From NCBI GenBank assembly GCA_963668645.2, contig CAXXWC010000021.1:992001-1056000 (forward strand): 64,000 bases of DNA, read 5' to 3'. The position numbers were made by a program, and so were the translations under genes. Shown here in pieces: positions 49,815 to 59,620 of the stretch; the first letter of the stretch is position 1, and every line of letters starts with the position of its first letter. The notes beneath the pieces are model-generated. The model worked only from the letters and a program-made list of their open reading frames with translations. It had not been told where the DNA came from and ran no database searches. The DNA is from Desulfobacterales bacterium (GTDB lineage Bacteria > Desulfobacterota > Desulfobacteria > Desulfobacterales > UBA2174).

Positions 49815-49912
49815 TGTCAAAATGCGGCCATTTTGGCATAGCTTTCAAGAAAACCCATTGAAAATCAAAACGATATAAAATATCGTGCCAAAATGGCATG
49901 CTCCAAAATGGA
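49815..49912. promoter_or_regulatory. candidate enhancer (UAS) palindromes for the divergent NtrC-type activator
   Basis: GCCATTTTGGC (49827-49837), TGCCAAAATGGCA (49886-49898), TCCAAAATGGA (49902-49912) and partial TGTCAAAATG (49815-49824). Confidence 0.6.
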
Positions 49913-49929
49913 AGGAGAGACGATCCGCG

Positions 49930-51300
49930 ATGCAAGATGCACGTATTCTGGTGGTGGATGACGATCCGGATTATGCCGATATCCTGGTCATGACCCTGAC
50001 CGAAGCGGGCTGCCGGCGGATCAGAATCGATACCGAACCCCTTAAAGCCGCAGCCCGTTTCGACGCCGGCGAGGGCTTCGAGCTGGTCCTGCTCGATCTG
50101 ACCATGCCGGAAATGGACGGCCTGGAACTTCTCGAATCGATCAAGAACGCCAGCCCGGCCACCGAATGCATCCTGGTCACCGCCAGCAACGAGGCGCCCA
50201 TCGCGGTGGCCTGCCTTAAAAAGGGGGCCTATGATTACCTGGTCAAACCGGTGCCGGCCGAAAAGCTCGTCGCCACGGTGCAACGGGCCCTGGAGCGCAA
50301 GCGGCTGCTCGACCTCGTCGATCTGGGCAAAAGCCGGGGATCGCTGGAATTGCGGCAGGCCGGGGCCTTCCGGCCCATCCTGACCCGTTCGGCCGCCATG
50401 CAGCGCCTGCTCAAGGAGGCAGAACTGCATGCGGCCAGCGACGTGCCGATCCTGATTACCGGAGAAAGCGGTACAGGCAAGGACCTGCTGGCCACCGCGA
50501 TCCACAAGGCCAGTCCACGCGCCGGTCAACGCTACACGGCGGTCAACATGGCGGCCCTGACCCCCAGCCTCTTTGACGCCGAGTTTTTCGGTCACACCCG
50601 GGGGGCCTTTACCGGCGCCCAAAAAGATCGTATCGGCTACCTCGAATACAGCGCCGGCGGCACCCTTTTTCTCGACGAAATCGGCATCCTGCCCTCGGGG
50701 CTGCAAGGCAAACTGCTGCGTGTGCTCCAGGACGGCGAGTACGTCAAGCTGGGGGAAAACCGTCGGCGCAAGGCCGACGTGCGCATCATCGCCGCCACCA
50801 ACGAGGACCTGGAACGGCTGATGAACCGCGGCCTGTTTCGCAAAGACCTCTTTTACCGGCTGCGCGGCGGCTGGCTCCACCTGCCGCCTTTGCGGCGGCG
50901 GCCGGAGGACATCCCCATGCTAGCCGAACACTTCCTGCGCAGCTGGTGTCCCGACAGCACCTGCGGCATCGCGGCCCAGGCCATGGAAGCCCTTTGCCGC
51001 TATCCTTTTCCCGGCAACGTGCGCGAGCTTCAGGCCGCGATCCAGTCGGCTGCCAACCTGGCCCGGGGTACGAGGCTGGCCCTGAAGCACCTGCCCGAAC
51101 CGTTGCGCAACCTCCGGCAACCCCCGGATGAACGCGCTGCCGGGCCGAAGGTTTCCCTCCCGCCCCTGGCGGCGGTCGAAAAGGAACACATTCTCAGAGT
51201 CTACCAAGCGTTGGGAGACAACAAGGCCCGCACGGCGGCTGTTTTGGGAATCGGCCTGAACACGCTGCGGCGCAAGCTGGCCCTCTACGGAGTGCAGTGA
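49930..51300 (+). CDS. sigma54-dependent response regulator (NtrC family: REC-AAA+-Fis HTH)
   Basis: LVVDDD, LDLTMPEMDG, GESGTGKD, GAFTGA, LFLDEIG, FRKDLFYRL, FPGNVREL, LGIGLNTLRRKL. Confidence 0.95.
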   Translation: MQDARILVVDDDPDYADILVMTLTEAGCRRIRIDTEPLKAAARFDAGEGFELVLLDLTMPEMDGLELLESIKNASPATECILVTASNEAPIAVACLKKGAYDYLVKPVPAEKLVATVQRALERKRLLDLVDLGKSRGSLELRQAGAFRPILTRSAAMQRLLKEAELHAASDVPILITGESGTGKDLLATAIHKASPRAGQRYTAVNMAALTPSLFDAEFFGHTRGAFTGAQKDRIGYLEYSAGGTLFLDEIGILPSGLQGKLLRVLQDGEYVKLGENRRRKADVRIIAATNEDLERLMNRGLFRKDLFYRLRGGWLHLPPLRRRPEDIPMLAEHFLRSWCPDSTCGIAAQAMEALCRYPFPGNVRELQAAIQSAANLARGTRLALKHLPEPLRNLRQPPDERAAGPKVSLPPLAAVEKEHILRVYQALGDNKARTAAVLGIGLNTLRRKLALYGVQ

Positions 51301-51350
51301 CCTGCAAATTTTCACGTACTTATCAGCGTGATTAGTGGAAAGGAGCCTCG

Positions 51351-52247
51351 ATGACAGCTCAAAAAATGGATCTGAACGGTATTTTTCCCCCTATCCCGAC
51401 CCCTTTTACCGGCCAGGCGGTGGCCTACGATCATCTCAAGGAAAACGTCCGGCGCTGGGGCCGGACCGGGATCCGCGGGTTCGTGGTGCTCGGCTCAAAC
51501 GGGGAGTATCCCCTGCTGGACGACGATGAAAAACAAAAAACGGTGGCGGCCGTGGTGGAAGCGGCTCCTGCCGGGATGCCGGTCATCGCCGGCACGGGCT
51601 GCGAGTCGACCCGCGCCACCATCGCCCTGACCCGGGCCTGTGCCGCGGCCGGCGCCCATGCGGCCCTGGTGGTCAGCCCCCACTACTACGCCGGACGGAT
51701 AAGCGACGCGGCCCTGGGCGCCCACTACCGGGCCGTGGCCGAGGCCTCTCCAGTGCCGATCCTGCTCTACAACGTGCCCAAATTCACCGGAATGAATCTT
51801 TCCGCCGCGCTGGTGGCCGAACTTTCCCTTCATCCGAACATCGTCGGGATCAAGGACAGCGCGGGCAATGTGAGCCAGTTGGGAGACTATCTCAATCGGG
51901 TGGCGCCGGGCTTCAAGGTGCTGGTGGGAACCGCCGGGGTGCTCTACGGGGCGTTGAGTCTGGGTTGCTGCGGCGGAATCCTGGCCCTGGCCAACGTGGC
52001 CCCGGAACAGTGTGTACGCATTGCCGCCTTGGTGGCCGCCGGTGATCACCAGACTGCGGCCGCCATTCAACGCCGCATGATCCCGGTCAACACCGCCGTG
52101 ACCGCCACCTATGGGATCCCGGGGCTCAAGGCGGCCCTGGATCGGCTGGGCTACTTCGGCGGGGAGCCCCGGCGCCCGCTGCTGGCCAGCAGTAAGGCCG
52201 AGCGCAGGGCCATCGAGGCGATCCTGCTTCAGGCCGGATTGCTCTGA
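51351..52247 (+). CDS. DHDPS/NAL-family aldolase, 4-hydroxy-2-oxoglutarate aldolase-like
   Basis: GIFPPIPTPF, LGSNGE, GTGCEST, LYNVP, GIKDSAG (Schiff-base Lys), YGIPGLKAA. Confidence 0.8.
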   Translation: MTAQKMDLNGIFPPIPTPFTGQAVAYDHLKENVRRWGRTGIRGFVVLGSNGEYPLLDDDEKQKTVAAVVEAAPAGMPVIAGTGCESTRATIALTRACAAAGAHAALVVSPHYYAGRISDAALGAHYRAVAEASPVPILLYNVPKFTGMNLSAALVAELSLHPNIVGIKDSAGNVSQLGDYLNRVAPGFKVLVGTAGVLYGALSLGCCGGILALANVAPEQCVRIAALVAAGDHQTAAAIQRRMIPVNTAVTATYGIPGLKAALDRLGYFGGEPRRPLLASSKAERRAIEAILLQAGLL

Positions 52248-54280
52248 TCGGCACCGCCGTCTTCGAGGATATTGAACTCCCGCATCCGCCGGTATAGCGT
52301 GCTGCGGGAGATGTTCAACTCGCGGGCGGCCTGGGAGACATTGCCTTTTGTGCGGGCCAGCACGGCGACGATCAATTCGTGCAGGCTCTCCTTGACGGTC
52401 TTGGTGTTGGAGGTGCAGGGAACCGTCTTGGTGAACATCCGCCGGGGCAAATGTTCGCAGGTGGTCTCCTTGCCGCCGGAGAGCATCAATGCCCGCTCGA
52501 GACAGTTTTCCAGCTCCCGGATATTGCCGGGCCAGTCGTAGGATTGAAACGCCTCGATCACCTTGTGGTTGATCACGGGCGTGCCCAGCCCGCATTCGTG
52601 GCAGTAGTTGTCCAGAAAATGTTCGACGAGCACCGGCAGGTCATCCAGACGTTCGCGCAAGGGCGGCAGGTTTAATTCGACCACATTGAGACGGTAGTAC
52701 AAATCCTCGCGGAAATTTCCCATCTCCACTTGTTGGAGCAGATCCTTGTTGGAAGCCGAAATCACCCTCACGTCGATCGGGATCACGCGATTGTCCCCCA
52801 GGCGGACGATCTCCTTTTGCTGCAGGGCGCGGAGCAGCTTGGCCTGCAACTCCAGCGGCATGCCGTTGATTTCGTCCAGAAACAACGTGCCATGATGAGC
52901 CAGTTCGAGCTTGCCGACCTGGCCGCCTTTGCGGGCGCCGGTAAATGCACCTTCCCGATAGCCGAAAAGCTCGGCCTCGATGAGATCCCTGGGAATCGCC
53001 GCGCAGGAAATGGCCACGAACGGTCCGTCATGCCTCGGGCTGTGGTTGTGGATGGCCTGGGCGAACAGCTCTTTGCCGGTGCCGCTTTCCCCGGAAATGA
53101 GGATTCTCGAGCTGGAGGCGGCGGCGATCTTGGCGATATCGATCTGCCGGTGCAGCCTGGCGTTGCTCCCCTTGATGTCGCCAAATTCGTACTTGGCGTA
53201 GTTACCCCCCATCCGCTTGACGATATCGATGACGTACTTCTTTTCCGTCAAGGTGATCAATGCGCTTTGACTGGGCAAACCGCCCTCGATGATCCGGCTG
53301 AGGCTGCAAAGGTAGGCGTTTACCCCGGCCGGTCCACTGAAGGTGATCTCCTTGTTGCGAAAAAGGGTTTTATTGCGTAGCGCCCGGGTCAATTCTTCAT
53401 CCGGCCGGATCACCCGAATGAGAGGCTTGCCCACGGCGCCTTCGAAATCGATGCCCAGCATTTTGGCCGCCGAGCGGTTGAGGTTGGCGATGGTAAGATC
53501 TTCGCTAACAGCGATCACGCCGTCGGAAACCGAATCGAAAATCGACGTCAGCAGGCAGTTGAGCCGGTGCTTTTCTCCGGTAAGGATGCGCTCGCGAAAT
53601 TGGCCTTCGATATTCTTGGCCGCCGATACCACGATCGCCAGCGTGTGTTTGTGAAGCCCGTGGAAAGGCCCGGAGAGCGTAATGGTGCCCAGCAGTCTGC
53701 CGTCGGCATCGTGAATTGGCGCCGATGAACAGGTCCACGGATGATGGTAATAGTTGTAGTGCTCTGCGCCGGCAAGCTGGATCGGTTTGTCTTCGAGCAA
53801 TGCCAGCGCGATGGCGTTGGTCCCGGCGGTGGCCTCGCTCCGGTTGCAGCCGGGCAGGTAGTAGTTCTTGCTGGCCATTTCCAGCGTCTCGTCGTCTCCG
53901 GAAATCGCCATCACATACCCGTCGTTGTCGGACAGTACCGTTATGAAACAGGTTCCACGGGTGGAAAGCTCCACCATGTCCATGATGGGCTTGGCAGTTT
54001 CGATAAAAAGCCGGTTTTCGGCAAGACGGCGGCTCAGTTCGGTGGAGTCGAGGGTTGGCGGCTTTTTGGGCCTGTAGGGGTCGAGCCCCCTGCCCCGGCA
54101 ACGCTGCCAGGAATAAAGGATCTCCGGGCGAACGGGGTAACTCGGGGCCAGCCCCTGCACGACCATCTGCTCCCATGCCGTTTTGATGCCCGTCAAATCC
54201 GGCGCTGCCGGATCTATGTCATTGCTGTCATGGGTCTGGGCTTTTGATAATTCCGGTTCTGCCAACAACTCGACCTCCAC
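52229..54280 (-). CDS. acoR: AcoR-type sigma54-dependent activator (GAF-PAS-AAA+-Fis HTH)
   Basis: SWQRC, AGTNAI, EHY...WTCSSAPI GAF domain, PAS, GESGTGKELFAQAIH, GAFTGA, WPGNIREL, ISRSTLYR. The start may instead be TTG 54268 or 54265 after GGAGG. Confidence 0.88.
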   Translation of the reverse strand: MEVELLAEPELSKAQTHDSNDIDPAAPDLTGIKTAWEQMVVQGLAPSYPVRPEILYSWQRCRGRGLDPYRPKKPPTLDSTELSRRLAENRLFIETAKPIMDMVELSTRGTCFITVLSDNDGYVMAISGDDETLEMASKNYYLPGCNRSEATAGTNAIALALLEDKPIQLAGAEHYNYYHHPWTCSSAPIHDADGRLLGTITLSGPFHGLHKHTLAIVVSAAKNIEGQFRERILTGEKHRLNCLLTSIFDSVSDGVIAVSEDLTIANLNRSAAKMLGIDFEGAVGKPLIRVIRPDEELTRALRNKTLFRNKEITFSGPAGVNAYLCSLSRIIEGGLPSQSALITLTEKKYVIDIVKRMGGNYAKYEFGDIKGSNARLHRQIDIAKIAAASSSRILISGESGTGKELFAQAIHNHSPRHDGPFVAISCAAIPRDLIEAELFGYREGAFTGARKGGQVGKLELAHHGTLFLDEINGMPLELQAKLLRALQQKEIVRLGDNRVIPIDVRVISASNKDLLQQVEMGNFREDLYYRLNVVELNLPPLRERLDDLPVLVEHFLDNYCHECGLGTPVINHKVIEAFQSYDWPGNIRELENCLERALMLSGGKETTCEHLPRRMFTKTVPCTSNTKTVKESLHELIVAVLARTKGNVSQAARELNISRSTLYRRMREFNILEDGGADQSNPA

Positions 54281-54344
54281 CGCGGTCCTGAAACCTCATC
54301 CAAAAAAATTCCAGCCGCCTGTTGCGATAACTGCGTCAGCACAT

Positions 54345-54380
54345 TGTGCCATTTTGACGCACGTGTAGCATCCGGGGACA
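54345..54380. promoter_or_regulatory. tandem TGT-N11-(A/G)CA enhancer sites for the AcoR-type activator
   Basis: TGTGCCATTTTGACGCA (54345-54361) and TGTAGCATCCGGGGACA (54364-54380), about 100-135 bp upstream of the sigma54 promoter. IHF-like TAACAATCCGTTA at 54426-54438. Confidence 0.5.
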
Positions 54381-54480
54381 ATCAATGCAATCCGAAAATC
54401 GGGCGGCCTTTTCCTAACCATGAGCTAACAATCCGTTAATCCATCCGATCTTTTCATCCCCGAACCGACCTGTAGCCGTT

Positions 54481-54496
54481 TGGCACGAGTTATGCT
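54481..54496 (+). promoter_or_regulatory. sigma54 (-24/-12) promoter of the dehydrogenase operon
   Basis: TGGCACGAGTTATGCT, exact -24/-12 spacing. Confidence 0.85.
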
Positions 54497-54583
54497 GAAA
54501 GCTGGGCAGACTTCGAGACGGCAAGCCCGAGGAGACGATCAATGTTTCCGAACCACCATACACCACCGATTTGAGGAGAAAAG

Positions 54584-55552
54584 ATGAAGTACTCCAAAAA
54601 ACAGATCATGGATTTCTACCGCACGATGTTGAAAATCCGCCTTTTCGAGGAGCGTATCGTCTACATGTACGCGAGAGGGGAAGTGCCGGGTCTGGCACAT
54701 CTGAGCATCGGCCAGGAGGCCTGCGCCGTGGGCACCTGCGCCAGCCTGCGACCGGATGACTACATCAGTTCGACCCATCGCGGCCACGGGCATGTGATCG
54801 CCAAAGGCGCCGACGTCAATCCCATGATGGCCGAGCTGTTCGGCAAGATCGACGGATACTGCAAGGGAAAAGGCGGGTCGATGCACATCGCCGACATGAA
54901 CATCGGCATCCTCGGCGCTAACGGGATTGTGGGTGCCGGACTGCCCATCGCCACCGGAGCGGCGCTTTCGGCCAAGCTGCGCGGAACCGATCAGGTCACC
55001 GTATGCTTCTTTGGCGACGACGCCACCAACATCGGCGCCTTTCATGAAAGCCTCAACCTGGCTGCGGTGATGCGCCTGCCGGTGATCTTTCTTTGCGAAA
55101 ACAACCTTTACGGTCTGTCGGTTCACCAGTCGAAGCACCAACCGATCACCGACATCTCCATCCGTGCCACCAGCTACGACATGCCCGGGGTGACCATCGA
55201 CGGCAACGATGTGTTCGCCGTTTACGAGGCTGCCACCAAAGCGGTTCGCCGGGCCCGCTCCGGTGAAGGGCCGACGCTGATTGAAGCGAAAACCTATCGC
55301 TGGCGCGGGCACCACGAGGGCGATCCGAATGCCGGGGAACGCTACCGTACCAAGGAAGAAATCGAGAAGTGGAAAAAGCTGTGCCCCATCCATCGCCTGG
55401 CGGAGAAAATCGTCCTGGACAAAATCGCCACCCCCCAGGCCATCGAAAAAGTGGAAAAGGAAGTCACCGAGCAAATCGACGCCGCCGTCGCCTATGCCTA
55501 TGCCAGTGAATTCCCGGATTATGAAGAGATGTATACCGATGTCTTCGTTTGA
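54584..55552 (+). CDS. TPP-dependent dehydrogenase E1 alpha (AcoA/PdhA-like)
   Basis: HLSIGQEA, THRGHGH, GKGGSMH, GANGIVG, GD(D)A...CENN, TYRWRGH. Confidence 0.9.
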   Translation: MKYSKKQIMDFYRTMLKIRLFEERIVYMYARGEVPGLAHLSIGQEACAVGTCASLRPDDYISSTHRGHGHVIAKGADVNPMMAELFGKIDGYCKGKGGSMHIADMNIGILGANGIVGAGLPIATGAALSAKLRGTDQVTVCFFGDDATNIGAFHESLNLAAVMRLPVIFLCENNLYGLSVHQSKHQPITDISIRATSYDMPGVTIDGNDVFAVYEAATKAVRRARSGEGPTLIEAKTYRWRGHHEGDPNAGERYRTKEEIEKWKKLCPIHRLAEKIVLDKIATPQAIEKVEKEVTEQIDAAVAYAYASEFPDYEEMYTDVFV

Positions 55553-55660
55553 TCGCCGCGGATACGGCAAACCGATACGGCTCCACTGAATCGGTCCAAC
55601 CCCATCCGCTCGCCTTAAGCACGATTGAAATTAAGGGAGCCCTTTGAACGGGAGAAAATG

Positions 55661-56641
55661 ATGCCAGAAATCACATATTCACAGGCGCTGAATGCCGCAC
55701 TCAGGGAAAACCTGAAAAACGATGATTCCGTTTTTCTGATCGGGGAAGATATCGGCGCGTACGGCGGCGTGTTCCAGGTAACGGCCGGCCTGTTGAAGGA
55801 ATTCGGCCCCAAGCGGGTGATTGAAACCCCCATCGCCGAAACCGGCTTTGTCGGCGCGGCCATCGGCGCGGCCCTGACCGGGATGCGGCCCGTGGTGGAG
55901 ATCATGTTCATCGATTTCACGCCGGTGTGCATGGACCAGATCGTCAACCAGATGGCCAAGATCCACTACCAGTTCGGCGGCCGCGGCAAAGTGCCGATGG
56001 TCCTGAGAACCAACCTCGGGGCCGGCCGGGGCGCGGCGGCCCAGCATTCCCAGAGTTTCATGAGCTTTTTTGCCCATATCCCCGGGCTTTGCCTGGCATG
56101 CCCCTCGACGCCGTACGATGCCAAAGGGTTGCTCAACGAGGCCATTTGCAATGACAACCCCGTGATCTTCATGGAGCACAAACGGCTGTACATCACCAAA
56201 GGGGAGGTGCCGGAGGAATCCTACCGCATCCCCTTCGGGCAGGCCGACATCAAACGGGCCGGCTCCGATCTGACCATCGTGGCCACCCATGCGCTGGTAC
56301 ACAGTGCCCTGGAGGCGGCAGGTGAAATAGCCAAGGAGGGCATCGAGATCGAAGTGGTCGATCCGCGCACCATCGTTCCCCTGGACCGGGATACCATTCT
56401 GACTTCGGTCAAAAAGACAGGCCGCCTGATTGTGGCCGACGAAGGGCACAAATCCTTCGGCATCGCAGCTGAAATTTCCGCCATGGTTGCCGAAGAAGCC
56501 ATCGACTACCTCAAGGCGCCCATCTTGAGGGTCTGCTCTCCCGACACCCCCGTTCCCTTCTCGCCGCCTTTGGAAAAGGCCTTTGTGCCAGGGGCAAGAG
56601 ATCTGCTGCCGGCAATCCGTAAGGCAATGGCATACGCCTGA
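55661..56641 (+). CDS. dehydrogenase E1 beta (AcoB/PdhB-like)
   Basis: IGEDIG.YGGVF, ETPIAE, RPVVEIMF.DF, AAQHSQ, NPVIFMEHK, SVKKTGRL. Confidence 0.92.
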   Translation: MPEITYSQALNAALRENLKNDDSVFLIGEDIGAYGGVFQVTAGLLKEFGPKRVIETPIAETGFVGAAIGAALTGMRPVVEIMFIDFTPVCMDQIVNQMAKIHYQFGGRGKVPMVLRTNLGAGRGAAAQHSQSFMSFFAHIPGLCLACPSTPYDAKGLLNEAICNDNPVIFMEHKRLYITKGEVPEESYRIPFGQADIKRAGSDLTIVATHALVHSALEAAGEIAKEGIEIEVVDPRTIVPLDRDTILTSVKKTGRLIVADEGHKSFGIAAEISAMVAEEAIDYLKAPILRVCSPDTPVPFSPPLEKAFVPGARDLLPAIRKAMAYA

Positions 56642-56659
56642 TCAGATAAGGAGAGACAG

Positions 56660-58006
56660 ATGGCCACCGAAGTCGTTCTGCCCATGCTGGGCATCACCGT
56701 TGAAAGAGGGAAGATCACCCAGTGGCACAAATCCGAGGGCGATTCCGTCCAAAAGGCGGAAATCATCTTCACCGTGGAATCCGAAAAGGTCACCACGGAT
56801 GTTGAATCGCCCGCCACCGGAATTTTGGCCAAAATTCTGGTCCAGGCAGGCATGGAAGTGCCCCTGATGACGGTGGTCGGCATCATCACCGAACCGGGCG
56901 AAGAAGTGCCGCCCCAGTATCTGGACGGTGCGCCTCTTGAAAATGCCGGCGCGCCGGAGCTGATCGCGGCACCGCAGAATCAAAAAGTGCAGGAGTCCGG
57001 CCCGCCGGCGGCGCCAGCGGGCCGACCGGTGCGTATCGTGCCCGCGGCGCGCAAGCTGGCCAAAGAGATGGGAATCGAGCCGGCCCGGATCCGGGGAACC
57101 GGCCCCGAGGGGATCATCTGCTGGGGTGATGTCGCCAGCGCCGCTCCGGGCGAAACCGGGGTCAAGGCCTCCACCCTGGCCAAACGCCTGGCGGCACAGA
57201 ACGATGTCGATCTTTCCGCCATCCAAGGCACCGGCGTGCGCGGCCGCATCATGCGCGACGACGTGGCCGCCGCCTGCCAGGCCCGTATCCAGCCTATCGC
57301 CGGCGCCGGAATAGAGAAAATCATCCCGTTAAACGGCGTACGCCGGGTCATCGCCCGGCGCATGTCCCAAAGCGCCTTCAGTGCGCCGCACACCTATTTC
57401 TTTACCGAAGTCGCCATGGACGCCCTTCTGGATTACCGCCGGCAGGTGGTCCCGGTCTTCGAAAAACGGTTCGGCATCCGACCGTCGATCAACGATTTTC
57501 TCATCAAGGCCGTCGCGTTGAACATCCGCGACTTCCCGTTGTTCAACGCCCAGATCGAAGATGAAAACATCCACATCCTGCCGCGCATCAACGTGGGCCT
57601 GGCCGTCGCCCAGCCCGAGGGTCTGATCGTTCCGGCCATCGCCGATGCCGACCTGATCGGGATGGCCGAGATCGCCCTGCAGCGCAATGATCTGGTAAGC
57701 CGTGCCAGGACGGGGCAGTTGACCAGCGATGAGATGGAGCGGGGAACATTCACGATTTCAAGCCTGGCGCAGTACGACATCACCCAGTTTACCGCGATCA
57801 TCAACCCCCCTCAAAGCGCCATCCTCTCCGTGGCCGCCACCCGGGACCAGCTCTTTTTGCAGGACGGCCAGGTCGCGGTGCGAAAAACCGCCGTTTTCGG
57901 GCTCTCGACCGATCATCGCGTCATCGATGGGGTGCAATCCGCCGATTTTCTGCAGAACTTGAAGATCAAGCTCGAACGCCCGGCATTCACCTTCATGCAC
58001 TTGTAG
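56660..58006 (+). CDS. dihydrolipoamide acyltransferase E2 (lipoyl domain, two E3-binding domains)
   Basis: VESEKV lipoyl site, two PSBD repeats (GTGPEGII, GTGVRGRI), GTFTIS, IINPPQ, DHRVIDG. Confidence 0.92.
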   Translation: MATEVVLPMLGITVERGKITQWHKSEGDSVQKAEIIFTVESEKVTTDVESPATGILAKILVQAGMEVPLMTVVGIITEPGEEVPPQYLDGAPLENAGAPELIAAPQNQKVQESGPPAAPAGRPVRIVPAARKLAKEMGIEPARIRGTGPEGIICWGDVASAAPGETGVKASTLAKRLAAQNDVDLSAIQGTGVRGRIMRDDVAAACQARIQPIAGAGIEKIIPLNGVRRVIARRMSQSAFSAPHTYFFTEVAMDALLDYRRQVVPVFEKRFGIRPSINDFLIKAVALNIRDFPLFNAQIEDENIHILPRINVGLAVAQPEGLIVPAIADADLIGMAEIALQRNDLVSRARTGQLTSDEMERGTFTISSLAQYDITQFTAIINPPQSAILSVAATRDQLFLQDGQVAVRKTAVFGLSTDHRVIDGVQSADFLQNLKIKLERPAFTFMHL

Positions 58007-58024
58007 GATAGGAGAGCGAGTATC

Positions 58025-59440
58025 ATGACCACTTCGAAACGCGACTACGACCTGGCGGTGATCGGTGCCGGACCGGGCGGGTACCACACCGCGGTGCTGG
58101 GTGCCCAGGAGGGGATGCGCGTCCTTTTGGTGGAAAAAGAAACGCTGGGCGGCACCTGCTTGAACCGCGGCTGTATTCCGACCAAGGCGTTCGTTCACGA
58201 TACGCGGGTTTTGGCCACCGCCAGTGAATCCGGCGTACTGACGGGCCGGAGCGGATTGGGCATCGATGTCGGCCTTATGGTGGCGCGCAAAAACAAGGTG
58301 GTGGCCGCCAACGTGGGCGGCCTGGAAGCGATCATCCGCAGCCGCGCCATCGATATCGCCAGAGGCACGGGTGAGCTGGACGGGCCCGGGTGCATCACGG
58401 TGCGATCGGCCCAGGGAGACCCGCAGACCTATCATGCCCGCAACATCGTCCTGGCCAACGGCTCGCGGCCGGCCGTGCCGGGATTCATCACGGTTGACGG
58501 CGAGGTGGTCCAGACCACCGATCAGGCGCTGAATCCCAGCACCGTTCCGGCCAAAGTGGCCATCATCGGCGGAGGGGTCATCGGCATGGAGTTCGCCTCC
58601 ATTTTCCGGGCCCTGGGGGCGAAGGTCACGGTGATCGAGATGCTGCCGGAGATTCTCGTCAGCGAAGACCCGGAAATCCGAAAGTTGCTGGAGCGGTCGC
58701 TGAAACGCCAGGAGGTGGCGGTCCATTGCGGCGCCAGGGTTACCCATGTGGACCGCAGTCAAGATGGGGCGGTGGTCCATTTCACCGACAGCAAGCAGGC
58801 CCCGCAGCAGCTGGCGGTGGATCGGGTCCTGGTGGCCACCGGCCGGGCACCCGTGCTGGACGGCTTGTCGCCCCAACAAAACGGCCTGGCCATGGACGGG
58901 CCGTATGTCAAAGTCAATCAACGCATGGAAACCAGCCTGCCGGGTGTTTTCGCCATCGGCGATCTTGTCGGTGGCATGATGCTGGCCCACAAGGCATCGG
59001 CGGAAGCCGAAATCGTCATCGCCAACCTCAGCGGCCACCGTGTTAAACCCATCGACAACAACCTCATTCCCCGTTGCGTCTGGTGCACGCCCGAAATCGC
59101 CGCCGTGGGCATGACTGAAGCCCAGGCCCTGGAAGCCGGCCGCCGGATCCGGGTCGGCCGTTTTCCTTTCAGCAATTCCGGCAAAGCCCACGCCCTGGCG
59201 GCGACCGAAGGATTGGCCAAGATCGTCGCGGACCAGGATTCGGGTGAAATTCTCGGCGTGCACATGATCGGCGAGCATGTCACCGAACTGCTGGCCCAGC
59301 CGCTTTTGGCCATGACGATGGAATCCGCGGTGGAGGATCTGGCGGCGGTCACCATGCCGCATCCCACATTGTCGGAGATCATCAAGGAAGCCGCGCTGGA
59401 CTGGAACGGACGGGCGATTCATTTGCCGTTGAAGAAGTAA
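58025..59440 (+). CDS. lpdA: dihydrolipoyl dehydrogenase E3
   Basis: IGAGPGGY, GGTCLNRGCIPTK, GGGVIGME, MLAHKAS, HPTLSE. Confidence 0.93.
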   Translation: MTTSKRDYDLAVIGAGPGGYHTAVLGAQEGMRVLLVEKETLGGTCLNRGCIPTKAFVHDTRVLATASESGVLTGRSGLGIDVGLMVARKNKVVAANVGGLEAIIRSRAIDIARGTGELDGPGCITVRSAQGDPQTYHARNIVLANGSRPAVPGFITVDGEVVQTTDQALNPSTVPAKVAIIGGGVIGMEFASIFRALGAKVTVIEMLPEILVSEDPEIRKLLERSLKRQEVAVHCGARVTHVDRSQDGAVVHFTDSKQAPQQLAVDRVLVATGRAPVLDGLSPQQNGLAMDGPYVKVNQRMETSLPGVFAIGDLVGGMMLAHKASAEAEIVIANLSGHRVKPIDNNLIPRCVWCTPEIAAVGMTEAQALEAGRRIRVGRFPFSNSGKAHALAATEGLAKIVADQDSGEILGVHMIGEHVTELLAQPLLAMTMESAVEDLAAVTMPHPTLSEIIKEAALDWNGRAIHLPLKK

Positions 59441-59620
59441 TGACGGCTTCGCAACGAGCCGTTTAGACAACCACAAAGGACCCAGGGGCAGAGTCTGGGA
59501 ACTGGAATCCGGTATTGAATCGAGCGCTGTTTTTACCTTTGTGGCGATTCATGCAAGTTGGTAAAGGGTTGAGGAAAGAGCAGAGTCTGAACCATCATTC
59601 ACACATGGAGGGAAAAGTTG

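Noticed and set aside
49875..49890. TGGCACG on the minus strand as the sigma54 promoter
   Set aside because: The -12 position reads TTTA, not TTGC; the site at 49699-49714 fits exactly.
59441..59620. Separate sigma54 promoter or riboswitch before dctP (TGGCGATTCATGC; CCACAAAGG/CCTTTGTGG repeat)
   Set aside because: The GG-GC spacing is 2 nt short, and the inverted repeats are short and match no RNA family I recognise.
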